Source: a bacterium (GTDB taxonomy: Bacteria; SZUA-182; DTGQ01; JAFGSM01). From it: a stretch of 64,000 nucleotides of DNA. Shown in pieces: positions 30,270 to 40,363 of the stretch. A program made the translations under genes and the position numbers. Location: assembly GCA_049472315.1 (NCBI GenBank), contig JBLIRN010000001.1:64001-128000 (forward strand), read 5' to 3'. The number at the start of each line of letters is the position of its first letter. Position 1 is the stretch's first letter. The notes under the pieces were generated by a model. It did no database searches. It was not told where the DNA came from and saw only the letters and a program-made list of their open reading frames with translations.

Positions 30270-30905
30270 CTATTTTGCGCCTGATATAAGCTTGGATTTT
30301 CCGGTGGGTGAAGGCTCCATGGTCACCTCGCTAAAAAACCGTTCGATGAACGGGGTCTCATCCTCTGCAAATCGCCGGTTCTCCGGAGATCCCATGGACA
30401 TAAGGCGTATATAGTAGAGAAATCTGATGAGCGGGGCAGTGGGTTTGCAATGTTCCATCATGAAAAAGCGACCCCCGTCGGCGAGGACCCTGCGGACCTC
30501 CCTGATGGCATTCGTCCTGGCATCCGAGGGGAGTTCGTACATGGCATGCGAGCAGGTGACGCATCCGAAGGCGCCGGTTCGAAAGGGCATGGCCGCTGCA
30601 TCCCCCACTACGAGAAACATCCTGGGAAGTCCCCTTTCCCGGGCCTTCTGGGATGCCTTGCGCAGCATCCCGAATGAAAAATCAAGGCCCACCACCATAC
30701 CCTCCGGGGCGACAGCCGCGTGGGCCGCCAGGGCCACTGATCCGGTTCCCGTACATATATCGAGCACCGTGTCCCCTCTCCCCATGCCTGTGCGCGTCAC
30801 CAGGAACTCCCGCAGGGCCGCACCCTCATCCTTGGAATGGAGCCGTATGATGAGGTCGTAGATGCGGGAGAAGAGATCGTAATAACGACGTCGCCATCTA
30901 CCCAT
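30270..30905 (-). CDS. Class I SAM-dependent methyltransferase (UbiE-like)
   Basis: VLDICTGTG, GLDFS.GML, GDA..MPF, RVL..GG. Confidence 0.85.
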   Translation of the reverse strand: MGRWRRRYYDLFSRIYDLIIRLHSKDEGAALREFLVTRTGMGRGDTVLDICTGTGSVALAAHAAVAPEGMVVGLDFSFGMLRKASQKARERGLPRMFLVVGDAAAMPFRTGAFGCVTCSHAMYELPSDARTNAIREVRRVLADGGRFFMMEHCKPTAPLIRFLYYIRLMSMGSPENRRFAEDETPFIERFFSEVTMEPSPTGKSKLISGAK

Positions 30906-31063
30906 TACACACACCTCACACGTGCTGACCCTACTGCCGGATGTTCCTCGGGCATGTCCCTGAATTCCTGCAATCCCCAGGGGTGATCATGAAGGCTGCC
31001 ATGGGCGCATCCCGATTCGTGTGTGAATCCACTCATCGGAATGCTGAACATGGCACGCTCCGT

Positions 31064-31945
31064 CTACTGCTGAGCGGAATCTTTCTCCGGTTTGACGGGC
31101 TTCACCTCATTAGTATCCTTTTCGCTTGCTGCTTCGGGGGCATCTACAGATGGGTCCTCAACAGACTTGGAATCCGCCGGTACTTCCGTGGAACCAACAA
31201 GATGATCATCATGAATTATTAATGCGTCCTGAACCGGCTTAAAGCCGGCAGGGATTTCAAATGTCTCCGAAGGTATCTCCATCTTCTTTATCTCCAGGAC
31301 CTTGGATGCCATGCTGATCTCCTTGTCACTAACCTTCATGGTGAGCACGGTTTCGATGGGATATCCCTCGTATTTCGACAATTCCTCGGTAAGCCTCACC
31401 TGGTCGGGGCCGAAGTAATGGGCGATCTTTTTTCTCAGGGCAAAGGGGATGTCCACCTGCTTTGTCAGCCAGTACTCCGTGGTCAGGGAAACCTCCTGAT
31501 TCGAGGTGTGCACCGTAACCCCATAGCAGTCCCATTCGCCGCACTTCTTCTCCTTTTTCATCATCTCGCTTTTCAACTCACCTTTTCCATAAAGGTCCTT
31601 CAACCCCTCAGGAAATTCGAGCGTCTTGTACGTCTTCGCTTGGGTATCGAGCTGATAGAGCTTACCGGTGTCCATATGAACCAACAGGACGCGGTCATTC
31701 TCCTGGGAATTTTCGATCCTTACCTTGTCCTCGGTTATCCATATCCTATTTTGCCATGATATGGCAGTGGCGTTTTTGGGGTCCAATACGGTCTCATTAT
31801 CCTTGACCACCATATACCCTTCCACCCCTGCGAGACAGCGAGAAGGAAACAGGAGACACAGAACCGTGAGCAGGCATATACAGCCATACTCCGCGCAGCC
31901 CCCCCTTTTTTCCAACACCTTTTTTCCTCTCCAATACGCATGCAT
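31064..31945 (-). CDS. Exported DUF4412-like protein
   Basis: Hydrophobic leader, EKKCGEWDC, EYWLT, FEIPAGFK, acidic tail; start uncertain. Confidence 0.65.
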   Translation of the reverse strand: MHAYWRGKKVLEKRGGCAEYGCICLLTVLCLLFPSRCLAGVEGYMVVKDNETVLDPKNATAISWQNRIWITEDKVRIENSQENDRVLLVHMDTGKLYQLDTQAKTYKTLEFPEGLKDLYGKGELKSEMMKKEKKCGEWDCYGVTVHTSNQEVSLTTEYWLTKQVDIPFALRKKIAHYFGPDQVRLTEELSKYEGYPIETVLTMKVSDKEISMASKVLEIKKMEIPSETFEIPAGFKPVQDALIIHDDHLVGSTEVPADSKSVEDPSVDAPEAASEKDTNEVKPVKPEKDSAQQ

Positions 31946-32397
31946 CTATAGACCTCCTTTGCCATTAACGCCGGTGCACCGTGAACAGCGCGTCCCGTTG
32001 CTTGATGCATCCATGATCGTGCATGAACCTGACAGGCAACCGCACGCATACGTGCTCAATACCCTGTCTTTTACCTCTAATCATAGGAGGTTTCCTGTGT
32101 GGTGTCAATCGCGCGGAGGCCGAACCGAATCACTGCCCTAATGATTGATTACATTTTGAACACAAGGCGTTCCCTTTTTGATCGAATGCGCACAAAAGGT
32201 CCTGTGACTTTTTCCCTGGAACCCACCGGGGTTGCCTCTTCCTTTGCTCACCATCCATTCCATTCAGGCAACACGCAGCGGAATATGCCCGAACCATTAT
32301 CTAATTATATGATATTGTGGTGTGTTCTACTATCGCCTCCCATCATCTTCGCCGTTACCCAAGGCCATCCTTCAAAATCCCCTGCCGAGTGCAAATA

Positions 32398-32413
32398 TGG
32401 CACGCAGATTGCT
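32398..32413 (+). promoter_or_regulatory. Sigma-54 promoter
   Basis: TGGCACGCAGATTGCT, near-perfect consensus. Confidence 0.85.
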
Positions 32414-32547
32414 TCCATTTCTTCTTCTTAAGAATGGTAGTTTTTTTGCGCTTGATTGCATATGCCTGAGAGGAAGGTCGCAACGCAGATGAGCGCCTTT
32501 GATCGTATGCGGGAAAACCCGCTGTCAATACCATAAAGGGGGTATTC

Positions 32548-34062
32548 ATGAAGCGAATATACATCATGCTGTCCGTGGTGATAGCACTCTTTGTCCTGTG
32601 CGTAATGGGGTGCGGGGGAACCGGCCCCAATGATCCCCTGCAGCCGTTTTCCCAAAATGCAGGGGTCCTGGGAGGGCAGAATTCTGCCGCGGTATATGGT
32701 CAACTGGACTCGGAGCTCATGGCAAAAAGCAGGTTGAGACAGGGAACCCCCGGTCCCACCGGTACAGGAGGGGGACCGTCCAATGAGGTTCCAGGAGAAC
32801 AGGAGGAAGGAAACGGCCCACCGGATGGGACACCAGGCCCGCCCGAGGAAACCGGGCTGACGCTCCCCGATCTCCCCTTCATGGTGGTGGTGGAGCGCAC
32901 CAACCGATACGCGGTGCCGGACCTCAATGGAAATTTTGCAATAGAGCCCTGTCCCCCTGGGGACCATACCCTCGATGTCATAAAAAACGGGGTCATTATT
33001 GCCAGCAAATTCGTCCGTCTTTCACCCAACCAGACCCTCCGGCTGGGCATGCTCTCCCAGACCGAGGAGCGGCAGATGAATTGCCGACACTACGACGGCT
33101 ACACCTTCGGGTGGATCGATGAGGACGGGGACGGGGTGAACGACACATTCTGCGACGCAGACGGGGATGGGATATGCGATATGTCCGGTCAGGCATACTG
33201 TCACGGATATGGGTGGACCGACGAGAACAATGACGGGGTGAACGACAACTTCACGGACGCAGACGGGGATGGGATAAACGACGTCAACGGCCTTGGCTAT
33301 GGATACACCTTCGGTTTTGTGGACAGGGATGGAGACGGAATCAATGACGGGTTCTCGGACGCAGACGGGGACGGGATCTGTGACCAGACCGGCGTCATAT
33401 ATGCCCATGGATTCGGATATAGGGATCATAACAGGGATGGTATAAACGATCGTTTCACCGATGCCGATGGTAACGGTATCAACGACCTCACCGGCAGGCG
33501 CGTGTTGTATGGATACCGATTCGGCTTCGTCGATACGGATGCCGATGGCATCAACGACAATTTCGCCGATGCCGACGGAGACGGGATATGCGACATGGGC
33601 AAACCGTGCGAGGGGATGTCCTATGCCCATGGATTCGGATGGAGCGATGGGAACAACGACGGCATCAACGATAACTTCGCCGATGCCGACGGGGACGGGA
33701 TCAATGATCTCACCGGACGTGCATACAACTTCGGAAGCGACCGTTTCGGATTCAGCGACGTGAACGGGGACGGGAAAAACGACCTGTTCAAGGACGAGAA
33801 TGGTGACGGGATCAATGATCTGTTCACGGATGCCGATGGCGACGGATTCAATGACCTCAATCCCGAGGAGAGCTACCGCCACGGATTCGGCTTTGTAGAT
33901 GACAACGATGACGGGGTCAACGACAACTTCACGGATGCCGATGGCGACGGGGTCAATGACGTGACCGGCGCCACCTTTGGCAACGAAGGGGGACAGTACC
34001 GGGGGGGTAATACCTCTGATGACGATGGCAGGGGACAGTACCGGGGAGGGCAGGGGGCTTAG
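32548..34062 (+). CDS. Lipoprotein with tandem DxDGDGxND Ca2+-binding-type repeats (504 aa)
   Basis: Lipobox VMG-C; about 9 units of G-F/Y-G-F/W-x-DxDGDG-I/V-ND-x-F-x-DADGDG-I-C/N-D. Confidence 0.85.
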   Translation: MKRIYIMLSVVIALFVLCVMGCGGTGPNDPLQPFSQNAGVLGGQNSAAVYGQLDSELMAKSRLRQGTPGPTGTGGGPSNEVPGEQEEGNGPPDGTPGPPEETGLTLPDLPFMVVVERTNRYAVPDLNGNFAIEPCPPGDHTLDVIKNGVIIASKFVRLSPNQTLRLGMLSQTEERQMNCRHYDGYTFGWIDEDGDGVNDTFCDADGDGICDMSGQAYCHGYGWTDENNDGVNDNFTDADGDGINDVNGLGYGYTFGFVDRDGDGINDGFSDADGDGICDQTGVIYAHGFGYRDHNRDGINDRFTDADGNGINDLTGRRVLYGYRFGFVDTDADGINDNFADADGDGICDMGKPCEGMSYAHGFGWSDGNNDGINDNFADADGDGINDLTGRAYNFGSDRFGFSDVNGDGKNDLFKDENGDGINDLFTDADGDGFNDLNPEESYRHGFGFVDDNDDGVNDNFTDADGDGVNDVTGATFGNEGGQYRGGNTSDDDGRGQYRGGQGA

Positions 34063-34096
34063 CTGATAAGCCCCCGAACATTACCCTCTTGTCTAT

Positions 34097-34321
34097 TCAC
34101 ACGGAGACAACCTCTTTTACCTCGGGGACCCTCTTCTTCAGGTGATTTGTTATCCCAACCCTCAGGGTCATGGTCGACATGGGACATCCCGAGCAGGCAC
34201 CCTTGAGCCTGACCTTGACAACACCGTCATCCACGCCAACCAGTTCAACATCCCCTCCATCTGCCTTCAGGGATGGCCGTATTTCATCCAAAGCATCCTT
34301 AACCTTGTCATAGATTTCCAT
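34097..34321 (-). CDS. NifU/NfuA C-terminal domain protein
   Basis: IRPSL.ADGGDVEL, GACSGCP; RBS GAGGAGG. Confidence 0.9.
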   Translation of the reverse strand: MEIYDKVKDALDEIRPSLKADGGDVELVGVDDGVVKVRLKGACSGCPMSTMTLRVGITNHLKKRVPEVKEVVSV

Positions 34322-34385
34322 TGCAGCCTCCTCGATTAGTGCTCCGTTAACCTGCCTTGTGCATACAACCTTACTCAAGCCGCAT

Positions 34386-34886
34386 TCAATTCCCGCGATC
34401 AAGACGCCCCTTTTCACCCTGCTGGCGACCGGCGCCGGCACCCGCTCCGCCTCCCCACCAGAGAGGCTCCCCTCGTTTATCGCGCAAGGCAATGCCCTGT
34501 CCGGTATCCCTGTCTTCAATCCTGAACGAGACAAGGATCTTTTGTCCCTCCACCTTCACGGGCACCGCCGAAATGGTCAGGCGCTGCCCCTTCCGGAACG
34601 AGAAACCCTGTTCATGCAGGAAACCGGGAGGGCCCACAAAGACCTTTGCAGAGCCCCATAAGCCTTCCTTGATCATGATGAGGGGCAAATCCATTCCTGT
34701 TACCTCTCCCTTGTACGTTTCCGGTTTGGCATTCCGCGGAGGGACCAACCCCCTGAAACCCAGCCCCCGTGCCTGGGCATAGACGGGACATGGGCATGTC
34801 ATGAGGGATATGATGGCCATGCATACCAGCAGGGCCGATATGCAATGTGGATATACAAGTGATTTTGTCCCGGCCTTCATGTTCAT
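34386..34886 (-). CDS. Exported hypothetical protein (OB-fold-like)
   Basis: Signal-like N-terminus, VFVGPPGFL, LRD.RGEPLW. Confidence 0.65.
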   Translation of the reverse strand: MNMKAGTKSLVYPHCISALLVCMAIISLMTCPCPVYAQARGLGFRGLVPPRNAKPETYKGEVTGMDLPLIMIKEGLWGSAKVFVGPPGFLHEQGFSFRKGQRLTISAVPVKVEGQKILVSFRIEDRDTGQGIALRDKRGEPLWWGGGAGAGAGRQQGEKGRLDRGN

Positions 34887-35074
34887 CGCTCCTTCATGGG
34901 TATACATGACGATAGAAACGAAATGATAATTACACAGAAACAGGATGGTGTCAAATCATTGGGAGTTACGGGCAGGGGGGAAAAAATATGACACCGGGGC
35001 ACAGGGATGGGGATACAATGCAAGTAACACATTGAATAAAAAGATGTTTTTTGTTGAGGCCCCTTCCCTTGTTC

Positions 35075-35090
35075 TGGCAGCATTATTGCA
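35075..35090 (+). promoter_or_regulatory. Sigma-54 promoter
   Basis: TGGCAGCATTATTGCA, GG-N10-GC. Confidence 0.65.
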
Positions 35091-35179
35091 ACTACTGGCT
35101 CATAATCGGCATGGGCAATCATGGCGATTGACCGGGTAAAAGGAACTGAAGGATAGAACAGCGTGAGGCGGAGTTGAAT

Positions 35180-36094
35180 ATGGGACACGATCAGATGGTT
35201 ACAATGCTGGCCCTCATACCGAATCCTTCCTTCTTTGTCGATTCGAACGGAACCATTGCCTATTCAAACAAGGGATTCCATAAGGAATTCGGGAATTTCG
35301 TGGGACAGGGCTATCAATCGTTCCTGATCAATTATGCATGCCAGGACGTGGATACACATACCATCATCCGCTCAAAGAGGGGGCGCCTTTTTCATCTGGA
35401 TCTCCTGCCCTGGGGGCCTGGGCACGAGGGCGCGGGTAAACTGGGCATCCTCAAGGATGTAAGCGAATTAAAACGATTGGAAGGATATGTCCGATATCTG
35501 GAGGAATTGAACAGGGGGTTGAATCGGATCAACCGCGAGCAGCAGAAGATGATTGACAAGCTCAGCCATCAGGCCCTCACTGACGGACTTACCGGCCTCT
35601 ATAACCACCGGCATTTCTGGGAACGGGCGGATGTCGAGCTGAAGCGGGCCAATCGTTATTCAGAGCCCCTGAGCTGCCTTATGATCGATATCGACAATTT
35701 CAAGTGCATCAACGATCACTTCGATCATCAGTTCGGTGATCGTATCCTCAAAAGGATTTCGGAGGCCCTCAAGAGCCCTCTGCGTGCAACGGACATACTG
35801 GCTCGATACGGCGGGGATGAATTCTCCATCCTTCTGCCCAATACCGATTATGACGGCACGCATGTGATCTCCAAAAAAATCATGGAAAGCGTGCGCAGTC
35901 TGGATTTTGAGACGAAAAAGGCATGTTCGCCTCCGGTCACCGTAAGCCTCGGCGTGTCTTCATATCCCATCGACTGCATCAACGCGTCGTCCCAGTTGGT
36001 CGAATACGCGGATACCGCCCTTTATGAGGCCAAGGCACAGGGGAAGGATCGCATCTGCTTCTTTCATGAATTGGCGTCCCTCACCATTCAGTAA
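35180..36094 (+). CDS. Diguanylate cyclase (PAS-like + coiled coil + GGDEF)
   Basis: TDGLTGLYN, DIDNFK.IND, RATD I-site, RYGGDEF. Confidence 0.92.
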   Translation: MGHDQMVTMLALIPNPSFFVDSNGTIAYSNKGFHKEFGNFVGQGYQSFLINYACQDVDTHTIIRSKRGRLFHLDLLPWGPGHEGAGKLGILKDVSELKRLEGYVRYLEELNRGLNRINREQQKMIDKLSHQALTDGLTGLYNHRHFWERADVELKRANRYSEPLSCLMIDIDNFKCINDHFDHQFGDRILKRISEALKSPLRATDILARYGGDEFSILLPNTDYDGTHVISKKIMESVRSLDFETKKACSPPVTVSLGVSSYPIDCINASSQLVEYADTALYEAKAQGKDRICFFHELASLTIQ

Positions 36095-36275
36095 AGGGAG
36101 AATAATCTCTCGAAACCCTTGAAGAGCCTTTTATCACACCATCTGTCATTTGTTCGAATCTGTCTTGATTATCCCTTTACATTGGGAACGGTAATCTGTA
36201 TAATACATCGTTTCATATTTTATAGACCATTCAACCATTCTTTTTTTCACTATTCCACAGGAAGGGGGGTTGAAA

Positions 36276-36704
36276 ATGAAGGCGTTGGGACGTCAGATTT
36301 TGGCGGAATTCTTCGAGTGTGACAGCCAGGTGCTGAACAGCATCGATGCGGTAAAAATGTTTATGCAAGAGGCTGCTGCCATAAGTCAGGCCACTATAGT
36401 CCAAAGCGTTTTTCATATGTTCAATCCCCATGGGGTGAGCGGCGTGGTCATCATCGCTGAATCGCATTTCGCCATACACACCTGGCCTGAATACGGATAT
36501 GCCGCAGTCGACCTCTTTACCTGCGGGGAGCAGGTTGATCCCTGGAAGGCATTCGAATCCCTGAAGGAATCCTTCAAGGCGGCGAAGGTCATGACCATGG
36601 AGATCAAACGGGGACAGTTGGATGTCAAGGGGAAGGAATTACACTATAAACCGCCAATCATAAAGGTCAAAAAGGATCTGATACCCAGCGAGGTATCAGC
36701 ATAG
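36276..36704 (+). CDS. speD: S-adenosylmethionine decarboxylase proenzyme
   Basis: [28 protein letters not shown]. Confidence 0.95.
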   Translation: MKALGRQILAEFFECDSQVLNSIDAVKMFMQEAAAISQATIVQSVFHMFNPHGVSGVVIIAESHFAIHTWPEYGYAAVDLFTCGEQVDPWKAFESLKESFKAAKVMTMEIKRGQLDVKGKELHYKPPIIKVKKDLIPSEVSA

Positions 36705-36710
36705 ATCGCC

Positions 36711-37187
36711 ATGAAAATCAACCACACCGAAACACCGAGGCATTTCTTTTTTGTAAAGGGGACCGCAGAGGGGTATACCCCCCTTAACGCCTTTGATGGC
36801 GCCTTAATCGATGCCGGAGTGGGAAATTTCAACCTGGTCAAGGTAAGCAGCATCATCCCGCCCCGATGCACGGAAATATGTGATCCCTCGATTCCACCCG
36901 GTTCACTGGTGCCTATCGCATATGCATCGATCATCAGCGATATCCCGGGAGAGGTCATATCAGCTGCCGTAGCCGCAGCCCTGCCCGAGGACGAAGAGAG
37001 GCCCGGATTGATCATGGAGTACTCCTCGCGGGGGCACAAGGAGGAGATCGAATCCATCGTCAGGAACATGGCGGAACAAGGGATGGCGAAACGCGGCACC
37101 AGGATTGCGAGGCTTCAAAGCGTCGCTATCGAATCGAAGGTCCAGCACATCGGAGCCGCCTTTGCCGGTGTAATCCTCTGGTATTGA
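36711..37187 (+). CDS. pdaD: Pyruvoyl-dependent arginine decarboxylase
   Basis: LNAFD.AL..AGVGN.NLV.VSSIIPP, GLIME. Confidence 0.9.
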   Translation: MKINHTETPRHFFFVKGTAEGYTPLNAFDGALIDAGVGNFNLVKVSSIIPPRCTEICDPSIPPGSLVPIAYASIISDIPGEVISAAVAAALPEDEERPGLIMEYSSRGHKEEIESIVRNMAEQGMAKRGTRIARLQSVAIESKVQHIGAAFAGVILWY

Positions 37188-37213
37188 CATTATCGGAGAG
37201 GCAGGGATTTTCA

Positions 37214-38059
37214 GTGGAACTCTGGTTTACGGAAAAACACACCCCGAATGTAGGGATTACGCTCAGGGTAAAACGCTGTCTTTGTCACAAAGAGACCCCC
37301 TTCCAAAAGCTTGATGTACTCGAGAGCTTCGATTTCGGCAAGGTCCTGGTCCTGGATGGACTGATCATGCTCACCGAACGGGATGAGTTCATCTACCACG
37401 AGATGATCTCCCACGTCCCCCTGGTGGCGCACCCCTGTCCACGAGCGGTCCTCATCATAGGCGGCGGTGACGGAGGAACGGTCAGGGAGGTCTTGAAGCA
37501 TCCGGAGGTCGAACGGATCGACCTGGTTGAGATCGACAGAGAGGTCATCGATGCATCGATCGAGTATTTCCCTGAGGTCAGCCGGGGGTTGAATGATCCG
37601 AAGGCCCACATCTTTGTAGAGGACGGGATACAGTATATCGCCAAGCAGCATAATGTCTATGACGCGGTCATAATCGATTCCACCGACCCCATCGGGCCTG
37701 CAGAAGGGCTCTTTGTTGTCGATTTTTACAGGGATGTGTTCAAGGCCCTGAGGCCTGACGGTATCATGGTCACCCAGAGTGAATCCCCGTTTCAGGATCC
37801 GAAACTCTGGGCCCGCATCTACCGAAATATATCCTCAGCCTTTCCACGGGCGTTTTCATACTGCGCCTGTATTCCCACCTATCCTTCGGGTTTATGGAGC
37901 TTTACCATCGGCTCCAAGACCATCCACCCGGTGGAGGACATCCGGGAGGAATCCGCCCTGCGGGTAAGCCGCACCACCCGTTACTACAACCCCTCATTGC
38001 ACCGAGGCGCCTTCTCTCTGCCCAATTTCCTCACCATGCAGATGGAGAGCACCGCCTGA
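37214..38059 (+). CDS. speE: Polyamine aminopropyltransferase (spermidine synthase)
   Basis: DEFIYHEM, IIGGGDGG, VEID, DSTDPIGP; start GTG 37214 or TTG 37184. Confidence 0.95.
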   Translation: MELWFTEKHTPNVGITLRVKRCLCHKETPFQKLDVLESFDFGKVLVLDGLIMLTERDEFIYHEMISHVPLVAHPCPRAVLIIGGGDGGTVREVLKHPEVERIDLVEIDREVIDASIEYFPEVSRGLNDPKAHIFVEDGIQYIAKQHNVYDAVIIDSTDPIGPAEGLFVVDFYRDVFKALRPDGIMVTQSESPFQDPKLWARIYRNISSAFPRAFSYCACIPTYPSGLWSFTIGSKTIHPVEDIREESALRVSRTTRYYNPSLHRGAFSLPNFLTMQMESTA

Positions 38060-38061
38060 TC

Positions 38062-38916
38062 ATGCATGCCGATTTCGTTCAGCCAACATTCCTGGGGCTG
38101 GGGGGGGCATACACCCATGCCTCGGTGGTCATCCTGGGATGTCCGATGGATGACACCTCTTCCTACAGGCCCGGTTCGCGCTTCGCTCCTCGTGCCGTCA
38201 GGGATGGGTCCCTGGCCGTTGAGACTTACAGCCCCGCCCTGCATGCGGATCTTGAGGAGGTCCCCCTGTCCGACCTCGGGGATCTGGATATTCCCATAGG
38301 CAACAAGGAGCGCGCGCTGGAGCTCATTGCCCGGACCGCACGCCGAATATTCTCCGACGGCAAGATGCCCCTGTCCATCGGAGGAGAGCATCTGGTCAGC
38401 CTCCCCCTGATAAGGGAGTGCACGGGGCATCATCCCGGCCTCAAGGTGCTCCAACTGGATGCGCATGCTGATATGCGGGATGACTATCAGGGTGAGCGGC
38501 TATCGCATGCAACGGTCATGCGCAGGATAACGGAGATCATCGGGCAGGGGAATCTCTGCCAGGTGGGAATCCGCTCGGGGACCAGGGATGAATTCGCCTT
38601 CATGAAGGGAATCGGCAGCCTCTATGGATGGGACCCCGGGGAGATATCCCGGGTGAGAACGGCGCTCAATGGCTCCCCCTGCTATATCTCCCTGGATCTC
38701 GACATCCTCGACCCGGGGATTTTCCCGGCGACAGGGGCTCCCGAACCGGGGGGCCTCACCTTCACCCAGCTTGCGGAAACACTCTATGCGTTGAAGGGCC
38801 TCCGGGTGGTAGGAATCGATGTCAACGAATACAATCCCCTCCTGGATCATTCAGGACACTGCTCCATCACCGCCGCAAAGCTTATCCGGGAGCTTATCCT
38901 CCTATTCGGCTCCTGA
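38062..38916 (+). CDS. speB: Agmatinase
   Basis: RPGSRFAP, GGEH, DAHAD, SHAT, DLDILDP, GAPEPGG. Confidence 0.93.
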   Translation: MHADFVQPTFLGLGGAYTHASVVILGCPMDDTSSYRPGSRFAPRAVRDGSLAVETYSPALHADLEEVPLSDLGDLDIPIGNKERALELIARTARRIFSDGKMPLSIGGEHLVSLPLIRECTGHHPGLKVLQLDAHADMRDDYQGERLSHATVMRRITEIIGQGNLCQVGIRSGTRDEFAFMKGIGSLYGWDPGEISRVRTALNGSPCYISLDLDILDPGIFPATGAPEPGGLTFTQLAETLYALKGLRVVGIDVNEYNPLLDHSGHCSITAAKLIRELILLFGS

Positions 38917-38943
38917 ACCGCCAATCCCCCGGTAATTGGCGTT

Positions 38944-38982
38944 CTTACATACCTAAGCCCCCGTGAGGCTTAGGTATGTAAG
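38944..38982. terminator. Perfect 16-bp stem-loop between convergent speB and lpxC
   Basis: CTTACATACCTAAGCC-7 nt-GGCTTAGGTATGTAAG. Confidence 0.65.
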
Positions 38983-39052
38983 GCAAAAGAGATGAAAATC
39001 GGGGAGAAACTGCTGACCACCCGACAGAGGATGCGCTGTGGAACGCCCTGTT

Positions 39053-40000
39053 TCAGGCCAGATTGACCGTCAAGTCCTTCGGGGCAAAATTCGTTTGTAA
39101 TTCAACACCTGCCAACGCCGGCAATTCGGCCTCCCTTTCATGTTCCTCGAAGGTGACCAGTTCCCAGCGGTTGGGATTCCTGAGTATCTTATCCGCCAGT
39201 GAGGCATGCAACCCGTGCCCTGTCTTGTAGGCAACCACATGCCCGATCACCGGATAACCGAGGAGATACAGGTCTCCCATGGCATCGATGATCTTGTGGC
39301 ATACAAATTCATCCGGATAGCGGAGATTGCCGTTCAGGATCCTGAAATCATCAATAACCACGGCATTATCCAGCGATCCCCCCTTGGTAAGTCCCCTTTT
39401 TCGCAACTCCTTTATGTCGCTGAGAAAACCGAACGTCCTCGCACGGGATATCTTCTTGGAAAAATTTTCCTCATTGCACACATACGAGGCACGCTGGGTG
39501 CCGATGACGGGATGATTAAAGGATATCTCGTAGGTTATCCTGAAGTCATCTTCAGGAACGATCTTGATGAACTTGTCATTGTCCCCGACCTTTATGGCCC
39601 GCTTGATCCGCAGGTATTGTCGGGGACGATCCTGGGGGAGTATCCCAGCCTCATGAATCAGGAAGACGAAGGGAACCGCGCTGCCGTCCATGATGGGGAT
39701 CTCGGAGGAATCGATTTCCACGATGACATTGTCGATTCCCAGGCCCATCAGGGCGGCCAGCAGATGTTCCACTGTCTGCACCTCATACCCGTTCTCGCAC
39801 AGTGTGGAGGCATAGTTGACATTGTTCAGGTTGCGTATATGGGCCCTTATCACGCACTGATGACTGATATCGACCCGTTTGAATATGATGCCGGTATCAG
39901 CCGGGGCCGGTTTCAGGTTCATTCTGACCTTTTTCCCGCTGTGCAGGCCGATGCCCGAACATCCTATGTCCGTTTTAATCGTTTGTTGGTACACGTTCAT
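39053..40000 (-). CDS. lpxC: UDP-3-O-acyl-GlcNAc deacetylase
   Basis: GIGLHSG, TVEHLLAAL, PIMDGS, ARTFGF, HKIID..GDL. Confidence 0.97.
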   Translation of the reverse strand: MNVYQQTIKTDIGCSGIGLHSGKKVRMNLKPAPADTGIIFKRVDISHQCVIRAHIRNLNNVNYASTLCENGYEVQTVEHLLAALMGLGIDNVIVEIDSSEIPIMDGSAVPFVFLIHEAGILPQDRPRQYLRIKRAIKVGDNDKFIKIVPEDDFRITYEISFNHPVIGTQRASYVCNEENFSKKISRARTFGFLSDIKELRKRGLTKGGSLDNAVVIDDFRILNGNLRYPDEFVCHKIIDAMGDLYLLGYPVIGHVVAYKTGHGLHASLADKILRNPNRWELVTFEEHEREAELPALAGVELQTNFAPKDLTVNLA

Positions 40001-40130
40001 TGCTTTTCCTTTGCTGTTAGGAATCCCTATCCTTCCCCTTTTTCCTTTGTATCCCCTACGGTTATGCCCTTATACAGGCGGCTTCGACGCCCTGCGTGAC
40101 ACAAATAAACCAATAAAGCTATTTTTATAA

Positions 40131-40146
40131 AGCAATCCCCATACCA
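40131..40146 (-). promoter_or_regulatory. Sigma-54 promoter of lpxC
   Basis: TGGTATGGGGATTGCT, GG-N10-GC. Confidence 0.7.
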
Positions 40147-40363
40147 CATGACTCCCTGACAATGAGTTTTCATTATAACTAATTGATTTTACTATCAATA
40201 AAACCTCGCATCGATGCCGAGCCACGGCCGATCACCGTCCTGTTTCTGTGTAGTTTCGACCTTACTCCCCTGGCCGGGAGGGATAAATGCTGAAATTCCA
40301 TTAAAAAACAATAGAATAGATTGTATATTTTACTATACACCGTCATGTCGCCCCATGCCCTGC

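Noticed and set aside
32455..32530. c-di-GMP-I riboswitch
   Set aside because: Only partial resemblance (GAGA loop, GGTCGCAACGC); no GGCAAAC and no convincing P1/P3
36095..36270. SAM riboswitch upstream of speD
   Set aside because: No recognisable SAM-I/II core; AT-rich promoter-like DNA
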